A DNA stretch of 34,559 bases, taken from positions 1 through 34,559 of the forward strand of contig CAZGLU010000001.1 of assembly GCA_964526095.1 (NCBI GenBank), written 5' to 3'. Numbering within the stretch: the first letter of the stretch is position 1; every line of letters starts with the position of its first letter. Below are positions 18,881-28,149 of the stretch, piece after piece. The notes beneath the pieces were generated by a model. It was given only the letters and a program-made list of their open reading frames with translations, searched no databases and was not told where the DNA came from. A program made the translations under genes and the position numbers. Source of the DNA: an uncultured Anaerolineaceae bacterium. Its GTDB lineage: Bacteria > Chloroflexota > Anaerolineae > Aggregatilineales > Aggregatilineaceae.

Positions 18881-18908
18881 CCGCAACATAATGGACCTTG
18901 TGATGCGT
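18881..18908. other. dif-like tyrosine-recombinase site (11-6-11)
   Basis: ccgcaacataa-tggacc-ttgtgatgcgt; one arm reads TTATGTT like the XerD arm of dif. Confidence 0.45.
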
Positions 18909-19021
18909 TGTTATGACACATAGGATGGGGTGAATTGGCGCCCCGGCCAGCGCCGGCCGGGGATGCGGAGCCCCCGCCGTATGACTGCGCGGCGGGGGCT
19001 GTGGGGAAGGGAAACAGAAGT

Positions 19022-19489
19022 CTAGCCTGCGTCCGGCAGCAGGCTTTTGACGTGTTTGATGACGGATGGCAGCGCCGCCTGTACAGCGGGGGACAGTTCC
19101 TCGCCGTACTCGAACGAGTCGCCCGTGACGGTGATCAGCACCGTGCGGGGCGCGCGCCCGTAGATCGCCTCGGCACAGGCCAGCAAGCTCTCCGGCGTCA
19201 TGTGATGGTGCAGCGACGGCGCGGCGTCCGGCTTGGGTTGGATCTCCTCGCAAGCGATGATGCCTGGTTGCGCACCCACCCGCGCATCGATCAGGATCGC
19301 CAGGGTGGCCTTGCTCAGCGCCTCAGCCAGCTCAACGGTGAGCTGGTGACAGGTGATGACCCACGCCTGGCAGGGGTGGATCGTCTCGGCCAGGTGCTCG
19401 GCTGCCAACCAGCCCAGCCCATCGTCCCCACGCAGGACGTTACCGTAGCCGATGATCACCACATCGTCGCAGGGTGGGTGCACAGGCAT
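19022..19489 (-). CDS. hoxW: hydrogenase maturation endopeptidase
   Basis: IIGYGNVLRGDDGLG, HQL..ELAE, IDA, HH; TAATG overlap with hoxH stop. Confidence 0.9.
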   Translation of the reverse strand: MPVHPPCDDVVIIGYGNVLRGDDGLGWLAAEHLAETIHPCQAWVITCHQLTVELAEALSKATLAILIDARVGAQPGIIACEEIQPKPDAAPSLHHHMTPESLLACAEAIYGRAPRTVLITVTGDSFEYGEELSPAVQAALPSVIKHVKSLLPDAG

Positions 19490-20913
19490 TATCCCCGGAT
19501 CGCTTCGTCCAACAGCTCGCCGTTCGGGCCGCGAAGCTGAACGTGCAGCGCCAGCTCGCCCTGGGCGTGCGTCGAGCAGCTCAGGCACGGGTCGAAGGTG
19601 CGGATCACCGCCTCGACGCGGTTGAGCATCCCTTCGGTCAGGTTGTTGCCCTCCACGTAGCGGTGGGCGACCTGCTGCACGGCGCGGTTCATCGCCAGGT
19701 TGTTGTGTGTTGTGGAGACGATGAGGTTGGCGCGCGTGATGCGCCCCTGATCGTCCACCTCGTAGTCATGGATCAGCGTGCCGCGCGGCGCCTCGACCAC
19801 GCCGATACCCCGGTAGCTGTTCGGCGTCGCATTGGCGCGCACGCGCGGGCTGAGGATCTCCGGGTCGCGCAGCAGTTGCTCGATGCGCTCCACGATCCAC
19901 AGGCATTCGATCAGGCGGGCATAGTGGTAGTAGAACGAGCTGAGCACCACACGGCGGTCAAGCTGGCGGAACTCGGCCCATTCCTGGTCAGCCATCGGCG
20001 TGCCGCAGCTATCAACGACGTTCAGCCGGGCCAGCGGCCCCACCCGGTAGATGCCCTTGGGGTAGCCGAGCGCCTTGTAGTACGGGAACTTCATGTAGGT
20101 CCACGGCTCGACCGCTTCCCCGATGTACTCCGAGTAGTCGAGCGGGTCGAACCCGTTCTCGACGACATGCCCGCGTTCGTCCACCACGCGCAGCATGCCG
20201 TGATACATCTCCAGGCCGCCCTTCTTGTTCACCAGCCCCATGAACAGGGTTGGGAAGTTGCCGAAGGTGCGGATCTCCTCGTTGTATTCCACCAGCGAGC
20301 GCTTGAACCAGTCGATGTTGCGCCGCAGGATGGCGTACGCCTCGGGGATACCGGCCAGGATGCGGTCGCGCACGTCCTCGGTCAGCGGGCTGGCGACGCC
20401 GCCCGGCACGATCCAGGTCGGGTGCAGGCGCTTGCCCGCCATCCACTCGATGATCTCCTGGCCGAACTTACGCAGCCGCACGCCGTCGCGCACGACCTCC
20501 GGGTGCTTTTCCGCCAGCCCGAAGATGTTGCGCTTGGCCGGGTCAGACTCCATGCCGAGCAGGAAGTCCGGCGACGAGAGGTAGAAGAAGCTCAGCGCGT
20601 GCGACTGGAGGATCGACGCCAGGTTGACCACGGTGCGCAGCATGTGCGCCGCCTCGGGCAGCCGGATCGCCATGATCGTGTCGCACGCCTTGGCCGAGGC
20701 CATCTCGTGGCTGATGGTGCAGATGCCGCAGATGCGGCCCATCACGCCCGGCATCTCGTAGAACGGGCGGCCCTCGATGAACTTCTCGAAGCCGCGATAT
20801 TGGGTTACGGTGAAACGCGCATCCTCAACCCGACCATTGTCATCAAGCTGGATCGTGACCTTGGAGTGGCCTTCGATGCGGGTGATCGGGTCGATCACAA
20901 TCTGTTGGGTCAT
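19489..20913 (-). CDS. hoxH: bidirectional [NiFe]-hydrogenase large subunit (group 3d)
   Basis: TRIEGH, RGFEKF, RICGIC, EAPRGTL.H, DPCLSCSTH plus cleavable C-tail. Confidence 0.96.
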   Translation of the reverse strand: MTQQIVIDPITRIEGHSKVTIQLDDNGRVEDARFTVTQYRGFEKFIEGRPFYEMPGVMGRICGICTISHEMASAKACDTIMAIRLPEAAHMLRTVVNLASILQSHALSFFYLSSPDFLLGMESDPAKRNIFGLAEKHPEVVRDGVRLRKFGQEIIEWMAGKRLHPTWIVPGGVASPLTEDVRDRILAGIPEAYAILRRNIDWFKRSLVEYNEEIRTFGNFPTLFMGLVNKKGGLEMYHGMLRVVDERGHVVENGFDPLDYSEYIGEAVEPWTYMKFPYYKALGYPKGIYRVGPLARLNVVDSCGTPMADQEWAEFRQLDRRVVLSSFYYHYARLIECLWIVERIEQLLRDPEILSPRVRANATPNSYRGIGVVEAPRGTLIHDYEVDDQGRITRANLIVSTTHNNLAMNRAVQQVAHRYVEGNNLTEGMLNRVEAVIRTFDPCLSCSTHAQGELALHVQLRGPNGELLDEAIRG

Positions 20914-20924
20914 GTTTGGTTCTC

Positions 20925-21467
20925 CTAGGCGCCGGGCCGCGTCATCGTGTTGAGGACCGGCTCGCGTCCGGCCAGCAGTTCGGTCAGGACGTAGTAGATC
21001 GTATCTGCTGAGGGCGGGCAGCCCTGCACGAATACATCGACCTTGACGACCTCATGGATCGGGCGGACGTACGGCAGCAGCGCCGGCACGATCTGGTCTG
21101 GGTGTTGCGGTTGCAAGTCGACGTTCTCGACGTAACCCCGGTCCATGATATCCTGGACCGAGAAGGGGTTGCGCATCGAGGGCACGTTACCGGCCACGGC
21201 GCAGTCACCGAGCGCGACCAGGATGCGGGTGTGCGCGCGGATCATCTTGATCTTGTGCAGGTCTTCCTCGCTGCTGATCGCACCCTCGACCAGGGCCACG
21301 TCGACCATCTCCGGGTATTCCTTGTTGTCCACGAGCGGGCTGTAGACGACCTCGATCTGGTTCGCCAGCTCGATCAGCCGCTCGTCCATGTCGATCAGCG
21401 ACATGTGGCAGCCTGAGCACCCGTCCAACCATACGGTTGCGACCTTGACTTTCCCGTTGCTACTCAC
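20925..21467 (-). CDS. hoxY: [NiFe]-hydrogenase small subunit
   Basis: [19 protein letters not shown]. Confidence 0.95.
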   Translation of the reverse strand: MSSNGKVKVATVWLDGCSGCHMSLIDMDERLIELANQIEVVYSPLVDNKEYPEMVDVALVEGAISSEEDLHKIKMIRAHTRILVALGDCAVAGNVPSMRNPFSVQDIMDRGYVENVDLQPQHPDQIVPALLPYVRPIHEVVKVDVFVQGCPPSADTIYYVLTELLAGREPVLNTMTRPGA

Positions 21468-22182
21468 TCTTGACCTCCCGCATGTTCGACAGGTACGGCA
21501 GGAACTCGTGCCGCTTGACCATCTCGCCTACCGCGCGGCCCTTCTCGACCAGCGCGCCGACCGGGCACACCTGGACGCACTTGCCGCAGCTTGTGCAGGT
21601 CATCGATTCGCCCCACGGGATCGCCAGGTCGGTGATCACGCGCGCTTCGATGCCGCGCCCGCGCACGTCCCACGTGTGCGCACCTTCGATCTCGTCGCAG
21701 ACGCGCACGCAGCGCGTGCACAGCACGCAGCGGTTGCGGTCTACCACGAAGCGCTCGTGCGTCATGTCCACCAGGCGCACCGGCTGAAGGCTCGGGTAGC
21801 GCACGTGGTCCATGCCGAGCCGCTGCGCGAGGGCCTGTAGCTCGCAGTGGCCGTTGGAAACGCACACCGCGCAGACGTGATTGCCTTCGGAGAACAGCAG
21901 CTCCAGGATCATCTTGCGATAGTTGCGGAGCCGCTCGGAGTCGGTGAAGATCTCCATGCCCTCCTCGACGTGCGTCGTGCAGGCGGGCACCAGCCTCCGC
22001 CACCCCGCGATCTCGACCAGGCACAGGCGGCACGCGCCGGGCACGGACAGCCCGTCAAGCTGGCACAGCGTGGGGATGAAAATGTTGTTTTCGCGGGCGA
22101 TCTCCAGGATCGTCTCGTCTTCATGGGCGCTGACGTCGCGCCCGTCGATCTTTAGCGTTTTTACGCGAGAGCGTACGGCCAT
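21460..22182 (-). CDS. hoxU: diaphorase Fe-S subunit
   Basis: [37 protein letters not shown]. Confidence 0.95.
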   Translation of the reverse strand: MAVRSRVKTLKIDGRDVSAHEDETILEIARENNIFIPTLCQLDGLSVPGACRLCLVEIAGWRRLVPACTTHVEEGMEIFTDSERLRNYRKMILELLFSEGNHVCAVCVSNGHCELQALAQRLGMDHVRYPSLQPVRLVDMTHERFVVDRNRCVLCTRCVRVCDEIEGAHTWDVRGRGIEARVITDLAIPWGESMTCTSCGKCVQVCPVGALVEKGRAVGEMVKRHEFLPYLSNMREVKSE

Positions 22183-22190
22183 GCCTCACC

Positions 22191-23816
22191 TCACTGCGCC
22201 GTCTGCTCAAGGGCAGGCGCGTCGATTAGCTTTTCCAGGTATTCTTCACGGAAGTACCGCAACGTGCTCAGGATCGGGTTCGGCGCGGAACCGCCCAGGC
22301 CGCACAGGCTGGCGTTCTTGACCAAGTCGCACAGCTCTTCCAGCAGCTCGATGTCCGCCATGGTCGCCTGACCCTTCGAGATCTTGTCGAGCAGGTTGTA
22401 CATCTGGGCCGTGCCGACGCGGCAGGGGATGCACTTGCCGCACGACTCACTCTTGCAGAACTCCATGAAGTACTTCGCCACGTCCACCATTGAGGAGGTC
22501 TGGTCCATGACGATCATGCCGCCCGACCCCATGATCGAGCCGAGGCGGTTCAGGGATTCGTAGTCCACCGGCACGTCGAGGTACTCCGCGGGGATGCAGC
22601 CACCGGTGGGGCCGCCGGTCTGCACGGCCTTGAACTGGCCGCTGCCGGTCGTGCCGCCGCCGATCTCGTCCACGATTTCGCGTAGTGAGATCCCCATCGG
22701 CACCTCGATCAAGCCCGTGTTGGCAACCTGACCGGCCAACGCGAAGACCTTGGTGCCTTTGCTGTTCTCCGTGCCGATGCTGGCGTACCACTCGCTGCCG
22801 CGTCGCATGATCGGCGCGATGTTGGCGAACGTCTCAACGTTGTTGATCAATGTTGGCTTGCCCCACAGGCCGTGGTCCGCCGGGTACGGCGGGCGCGGGC
22901 GCGGCGTACCCCGGTTGCCCTCGATCGAGGCCATCAGCGCGGTTTCCTCACCGCAGACGTAGGCCCCGGCGCCCAGCCGGATCTCGATGTTGAAGTCGAA
23001 CCCGGCGCCGAGGATGTTCTCGCCCAGCAGGCTGTGGCGCTTGGCCAGGCGCAGCGCCTGCTTCAGCCGCTCGATGGCGAGCGGATATTCGGCACGCACG
23101 TAGACAAAGCCCTTGTTGGACCCCACGGCGTAGCCTGCGATCGTCATACCCTCGATGATGCGGAACGGGTCGCTTTCCAGGATCGAGCGGTCCATGAACG
23201 CGCCGGGGTCGCCCTCGTCGCCGTTACACACGACGTACTTCGGCTCCCCGACCGCCTTCGCGACGGTGGACCACTTCAGGCCGGTGGGATACCCTGCCCC
23301 ACCCCGGCCGCGCAGCCCGCTGCGCATGATCTCGTCGATCACTTCCGACGGGGACATATGGGCCAGGATCTGATTGAGCGCCTCGTACCCACCCGCGTTC
23401 AGGTAGTCCTCGATGCTCTCCGGGTCGATCACGCCGGAGTTTTCCAGCACGATCTTCACCTGGCGCTCAAAGAAGGGCATGTGCTCGTCGAGGCGCAGCG
23501 AGGCGAGCGGCTTCTTGCCGATGCTCTTCACCAGGGCGGGCACGTCCTCGACCGTCACCTGCTCGTACAGGATGCCGCCCGGCTCAACCGACACCAGCGG
23601 ACCGGCGGCGCACAGGCCCATGCAGCCCACGCCCTTGATCCGGATCTCGCTGTCGCGCCCCTGGGCCTTCACTTCATCGATCAGTGCGTTCTTGATGCTG
23701 TCGCTGTGCTGCGAAATGCAGCCAGCGGCGGTGCAGACGCGCACGCAATACTGATACTGCCGCTCCTTCTCCTGCGCGTCGGCGGCCATCTCCGCGAGTT
23801 CGTCAAAAGTCATCAT
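22191..23816 (-). CDS. hoxF: diaphorase NAD(H)/FMN-binding subunit (NuoF-like)
   Basis: [49 protein letters not shown]. Confidence 0.95.
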   Translation of the reverse strand: MMTFDELAEMAADAQEKERQYQYCVRVCTAAGCISQHSDSIKNALIDEVKAQGRDSEIRIKGVGCMGLCAAGPLVSVEPGGILYEQVTVEDVPALVKSIGKKPLASLRLDEHMPFFERQVKIVLENSGVIDPESIEDYLNAGGYEALNQILAHMSPSEVIDEIMRSGLRGRGGAGYPTGLKWSTVAKAVGEPKYVVCNGDEGDPGAFMDRSILESDPFRIIEGMTIAGYAVGSNKGFVYVRAEYPLAIERLKQALRLAKRHSLLGENILGAGFDFNIEIRLGAGAYVCGEETALMASIEGNRGTPRPRPPYPADHGLWGKPTLINNVETFANIAPIMRRGSEWYASIGTENSKGTKVFALAGQVANTGLIEVPMGISLREIVDEIGGGTTGSGQFKAVQTGGPTGGCIPAEYLDVPVDYESLNRLGSIMGSGGMIVMDQTSSMVDVAKYFMEFCKSESCGKCIPCRVGTAQMYNLLDKISKGQATMADIELLEELCDLVKNASLCGLGGSAPNPILSTLRYFREEYLEKLIDAPALEQTAQ

Positions 23817-24331
23817 TGTTCAACAGTCTCCCGGTCTGCGGCGATGCGCTGGCTGATCGTCTCCCGGATACCCTCGGCGCTGACGTTCCCCAATACGTTG
23901 CCGTCCAACACGACCGCCGGGGCCAGCCCGCACGCGCCGACACAGCGCACGGTGAGCAGGGACAGCTCGTCGTCGGGGGTCGTCTCGCCGGAGCGGATCC
24001 CATATTCCTGTTCGATCGCTTCCAGCACCTGCCCCGCACCCTTGATGTAGCACGCGGTCCCCAGGCACACCGCGCAGGTGTGCTTGCCCTGGGGTTTCAA
24101 GTTGAAGAAGTGGTAGAACGTCGCCACACCAAAAACCTTGCTGGGCGAGACACGCAACGCCTGCGACACGAACATCAACGCTTGATCGTCGATGTAGCCG
24201 AATGACTCCTGAACCGTGTGCAGCGTTTCGATCAAAGCGTCGGGCCGGTAACCGTTGCGACGCATGGTCGCCTCGACTACCCGCCATCGCTTGTCATCGG
24301 ACGGGAGTTTTGTAACGGGCTTCTGCATCAT
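23813..24331 (-). CDS. hoxE: [2Fe-2S] subunit (NuoE-like)
   Basis: [24 protein letters not shown]. Confidence 0.95.
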   Translation of the reverse strand: MMQKPVTKLPSDDKRWRVVEATMRRNGYRPDALIETLHTVQESFGYIDDQALMFVSQALRVSPSKVFGVATFYHFFNLKPQGKHTCAVCLGTACYIKGAGQVLEAIEQEYGIRSGETTPDDELSLLTVRCVGACGLAPAVVLDGNVLGNVSAEGIRETISQRIAADRETVEQ

Positions 24332-24402
24332 GTTTCCCTTTCAACGGGTATGCAATGCCCCCCCTTGAATGCCGGACGCAATAGGGGGAGGTTGACGCTG
24401 TT

Positions 24403-24447
24403 ATTATGAGATTCGGGGGGTATTATTCAAAGTGATTTATTTCACAA
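24403..24447 (-). promoter_or_regulatory. hox promoter with Rex- or CRP/FNR-like operator
   Basis: minus strand TTGAAT-16-CATAAT; AAGTGATTTATTTCACAA at 24430-24447. Confidence 0.55.
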
Positions 24448-24583
24448 ATTGCTGAACTGATCAGCATATCGGCGCCGGACCGGGTATCGAGTTTTGAAGG
24501 TAACAGTGGTAAACTGCGAGCGGCCCCCGACCGGCGTCGGGGCGGCCACAGGAAGGCGGAACAGTGCAGCACGAGCCTGGCGT

Positions 24584-26362
24584 ATGGACACACCGATCAG
24601 TGTAGCGAACCCGGACGAACGGACGGCGGCCCCCACCCTCGCGGACCGCCTGCGCGCGGCCCGGGTTGAGCTGGTCGCGCTCGCCCTGCTGGTCGGCGTC
24701 ACCGCTGCGACCAGCCTCTATACGGCGTCGCGCATGTTCCGCTATGGCCCGCTGGACTACTTATTCCACATCGACACGGCGCAGTTGATGGCCGAGCGGG
24801 GGTCGATCGAACTGCCGCATTTCGGCTATCACCTGTACGTGATCCTGCTCGACGCGCTCCTGCCCGGCCTGAACGACCAGGGGCTGGCGACCGTCTCGAT
24901 CGTGACGCTGCGTGCGGCGGCGGCGGTCGTGATCTTCCTGCTGCTGCGCGGGGTTGTCCGCAAGCCGCTGAGCTATCGCGCCGGGCTGGGCCTCGCCGCA
25001 GTCTCGTTCGCGCTGCTGGTCGTCACGCCGATCACCATCCCGACGTGGGACGAGGGCCGTATGTACCTCGGCTACATCGGCATGAACACCTTCCACAACC
25101 CGACGATCATCATGCTGGTGCCCCTGGCGCTGGCGCTGGCGTGGATCACCACGCGGATCACGTTCAGCGAGCCGGGGCGCCCCGGCCTCGCGCGGGACGC
25201 GGCGCTCGCGGCAGTCCTGCTCACGCTCTCGACGCTCGTCAAGCCAAACTACCTGTTGGCCCTGCTGCCCGCGGTGGGCCTGTTGTGTCTGTGGCGCCTG
25301 CTGCGGGGGGAGCGTCTGCCCTGGGGCGCGTTGATCGGCGGGCTGGCCGTGCCGGGCGTGATCGTGCTGGCGTGGCAGTACCTCTATACGTACGGCGGGC
25401 TGTCGTCCAGCGAATCGCTGAGCGAGGGCAGCATCACGTTCGCGCCGCTCAAGGTCATGAGCCTGCACTCGAACGGCGGGATCAAAGAGAAGTTCGCGCT
25501 GTCGGTGGCGTACCCGGCGCTGGTCTACGGCCTGTACTTCCCCGCGACGTGGCGCGACCGCTTCCTGACCCTCGCGGCGGCGGCGTTCGGCGTGGGGGCG
25601 TGCTACACCTACCTGCTGGCCGAAACGGACACGCGTGCCTTCGACGGTAATTTCATCTGGAGCGCTCAGATCACGCTGCTGATCGGGTTCGTCGCCGCGA
25701 CCCGCTTCCTGGTCCGGCGGGGGGATTTCTTCGGGCGGAGCGTCTGGACGCGCCTGCGCGGCGGGGTGATCGCCGCCGCGTTCGCCCTGCACCTGTTCAG
25801 CGGCGTGGTCTTTCAGGCGGCCGGGGCGCCGTTGATGAATGACTATAAGAATGCGCCGCAGCCGGGCTACGACTACGCCCCGCCCACGCTCACCAGCACG
25901 CTCGACCCGGCGATCTACGACGCCTACCAGACCTTCCGCGCCCGGCAGATCCGCATGTACCTCACGGCAGACAGCTTTGAATGGGGGCTGCTGTGGGTCC
26001 CGGAGCAGGCCGAGCCGCCGCGCTACCCGCTGATCGGCGCCGCCGGGGAGCAGCTCGCCGCGAAGCCGGACCTGCCCCACGGCGACCGGGCGGCCTACTT
26101 CGACCTGATCACGCTGCTGCACAAGCGCCGCTATTTCGACCCGGCGATCCTCACCTACGAACAGGGGCAGGCCCTGACGCGCTGGCAGGCGACCGGCGCC
26201 CCCGCCGATCTGTTGGCGGCCGGCGCGCGCTACCTGCTCGCCAGCGACGAGTGGCTGGCGGCCCAGCCCGACGCGGTGCGGGCAGCCTTGCGCGACCCGG
26301 CGCAGTACGACCGCCTGCCCGTCGATGGGACGCTGACGCTGTACCGCGCCCGCACCGGCTGA
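24584..26362 (+). CDS. polytopic membrane protein (possible GT-C-fold glycosyltransferase) with soluble C-terminal domain
   Basis: many TM segments; DY..H, FHNPT, KPNY, GNF.W motifs; start moved to ATG 24584. Confidence 0.6.
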   Translation: MDTPISVANPDERTAAPTLADRLRAARVELVALALLVGVTAATSLYTASRMFRYGPLDYLFHIDTAQLMAERGSIELPHFGYHLYVILLDALLPGLNDQGLATVSIVTLRAAAAVVIFLLLRGVVRKPLSYRAGLGLAAVSFALLVVTPITIPTWDEGRMYLGYIGMNTFHNPTIIMLVPLALALAWITTRITFSEPGRPGLARDAALAAVLLTLSTLVKPNYLLALLPAVGLLCLWRLLRGERLPWGALIGGLAVPGVIVLAWQYLYTYGGLSSSESLSEGSITFAPLKVMSLHSNGGIKEKFALSVAYPALVYGLYFPATWRDRFLTLAAAAFGVGACYTYLLAETDTRAFDGNFIWSAQITLLIGFVAATRFLVRRGDFFGRSVWTRLRGGVIAAAFALHLFSGVVFQAAGAPLMNDYKNAPQPGYDYAPPTLTSTLDPAIYDAYQTFRARQIRMYLTADSFEWGLLWVPEQAEPPRYPLIGAAGEQLAAKPDLPHGDRAAYFDLITLLHKRRYFDPAILTYEQGQALTRWQATGAPADLLAAGARYLLASDEWLAAQPDAVRAALRDPAQYDRLPVDGTLTLYRARTG

Positions 26363-26427
26363 GCCGCGCGCCGTTCGGCCCCTTGTGTCCTTATAATCCG
26401 ATCAAGTACACAAGGGAGGGAACCACC

Positions 26428-26640
26428 ATGAGACAGGGATTGGCGCTGCTGGTAATGCTGGACGGGGTCCTGACGACGGTTTTCGGCAAGAGCTTCCTGC
26501 GCTTCTTGCGCCGCCGCCTGCCCTTCCCCGTCCCGCAGGTTGCGATGTTCTTCCTGCTGTGGCCCAGTGGGCTGCTGCGCCGGGGCGCGGCGATGCAGGC
26601 CCTCGCCGGGCTGGGGCTGCTGCGCACCGCCCGCGATTGA
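26428..26640 (+). CDS. small hydrophobic protein (70 aa)
   Basis: TATAAT at 26392 and GGGAGGG RBS before ATG; MRQGLALLVMLDG... Confidence 0.6.
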   Translation: MRQGLALLVMLDGVLTTVFGKSFLRFLRRRLPFPVPQVAMFFLLWPSGLLRRGAAMQALAGLGLLRTARD

Positions 26641-26734
26641 GGCCGGGGACCACCTGACATCACGCCGCCGCGCCGGGTGTAGTTCATTCACCCGGCGCGG
26701 CAGCCTTGCTTTCCCTAAAAAACGATTCTTGCTG

Positions 26735-26740
26735 TATAGT
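26735..26740 (+). promoter_or_regulatory. putative -10 of rep-like gene 2 leader
   Basis: TGTATAGTA shared with locus 1. Confidence 0.55.
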
Positions 26741-26754
26741 AATAGCGTACCTTT

Positions 26755-26853
26755 AAAAACAAACACTCACGCCGCCAAGGTGGGAGGGGGGTGAGTGCTG
26801 CCACAAACAGTAGGGAAACCGGGTCACAGCCCGACAATTTTCCCTTGCCATGT
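26755..26853 (-). ncRNA. putative ~100-nt antisense RNA 2
   Basis: minus-strand TTGCCT(26887-26882)-16bp-TATACT(26865-26860); ends in cactcac/gtgagtg hairpin plus TTTGTTTTT. Confidence 0.5.
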
Positions 26854-27002
26854 ACCTCTAGTATAGCGTAACAAGGCTGCGAGGCAAAGTCCCTACCGGC
26901 AGTACTCCCTCCAAGCGATCCCAACCTTGGCGGCATGAGCGGGCGTTTTTACCTTTGTGCCGCGCAGCACGTTGCGTGCTGCCACGTAAAGGAGAGTCCC
27001 AC

Positions 27003-28040
27003 ATGTCCGCAGAGGTTGCCGTTCAGCCGCGCACCCCGTTCTTCATGATCGCCAACGAGATCATCGACTGGTACCGCCTCAACCCCTACGAGCTGGCGCT
27101 GTACAATGCCATCGTGCGCCACCTCAACTACAAGACCCGCGAGGCTTACCCCAGCATCCGGCGCCTGGCGCAGTTGACGCAGATGACCCGCCCCACCGTG
27201 ATCAAGTACATCCGGTCACTGGAGGAAAAGGGCCTGATCCGCGTCCGGCGCGCCTACAAGGAAGGCAGCCGCGAGCGCGCGGTGAACCGCTACGAGATCC
27301 TGCCGCCCTCGCCCTACTGCGACGAGCGTCCCACGTCCGCGGCCGCTCCGGAGGCGCGGGAAGCTGGTTCATCCAATGAACCAAAGGTAGTTCACGAGGT
27401 AGACGACGTTGGTTTACCAGATGAACCAAAGGTGGTATACGCCGTTAACCAGGGTGGTCAACGGGATATACCAGAGGTGGTAAACGAGGTTGACGAGGGT
27501 GGTAAAAGGGACGAACCAGGGGTGGTCAACGCTGTTGCCCGGAACGAAACGGGGGCCAAAAAAACGGAGCCTAACAACACTTTAAAAAGAGAGGATCCAC
27601 CGAACCAGAGGGGGCCGGCGCTCCGCGCCGGATCGCGGTCGCCCGAGGGCGACGCGCCCGCCCCCGCAGCGGTCCTCTCCTCCTCTGAAGATCAGGCAGC
27701 TTTAAAGCGCGAAAACAAGCGCGACGAGTGGGACGAGTTTTGTTACGCGCTGGCCGACGTGTGCCAGCTCGATTTCGAGGCCAACCAGGGCCGCATCCGC
27801 AAGACGGCCAGCGCGCTCTGGCGCAAGGGCACCGGCTACAGCATCGCGGACCTGTACACCTTCGAGCAGTGGTGGTACCAGCAGGATTGGCGCGGCAAGA
27901 AGGGTGAATGCCCCCGGCTGCAATACGTCGCGGAGCTGATCCGCGCGGCGACCGCCGCCGACGAGGCCGCAGCCGCCGCCCGCCGACGCGGTGAGATCGC
28001 GCGCTTCGTGGGTGACTACGGGGACATCATCCAATACTAA
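27003..28040 (+). CDS. wHTH replication-initiator-like protein 2 (paralog of 14138-15094)
   Basis: FFMIANE...LNPYELALY...AYPSIRRLAQLTQMTRPTVIKYIRSLEEKGLIRV...NRY; 15-aa repeats; WWYQQDWRG domain; AAGGAG RBS. Confidence 0.75.
   Translation: MSAEVAVQPRTPFFMIANEIIDWYRLNPYELALYNAIVRHLNYKTREAYPSIRRLAQLTQMTRPTVIKYIRSLEEKGLIRVRRAYKEGSRERAVNRYEILPPSPYCDERPTSAAAPEAREAGSSNEPKVVHEVDDVGLPDEPKVVYAVNQGGQRDIPEVVNEVDEGGKRDEPGVVNAVARNETGAKKTEPNNTLKREDPPNQRGPALRAGSRSPEGDAPAPAAVLSSSEDQAALKRENKRDEWDEFCYALADVCQLDFEANQGRIRKTASALWRKGTGYSIADLYTFEQWWYQQDWRGKKGECPRLQYVAELIRAATAADEAAAAARRRGEIARFVGDYGDIIQY
27363..27530 (+). repeat. intragenic iteron-like array (8 units, 22/23-bp period)
   Basis: G(G/C/T)T(A/G)GT cores at 27363, 27386, 27408, 27431, 27453, 27476, 27498, 27521. 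Confidence 0.85.
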
Positions 28041-28149
28041 GCCGGTCCGGACGGGTGTTGTTGGTTTAGCCCCCTACCCCGCCGGGACCGGCTCGTACAG
28101 GAACATAACGCGACGTGGGAGAGCGGGCGCGCGTGCGCTGCCCTGCGGC

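Noticed and set aside
19474-20928. Long antisense ORFs (e.g. 484 aa opposite hoxH; also 24761-26122, 27991-29265, 2504-3730, 31743-32924)
   Set aside because: Shadow ORFs expected from high-GC codon bias opposite clearly recognisable genes.
22191-24331. Respiratory complex I nuoEF genes
   Set aside because: They are followed by hoxU/Y/H/W and no membrane nuo subunits, so they form the Hox diaphorase module.
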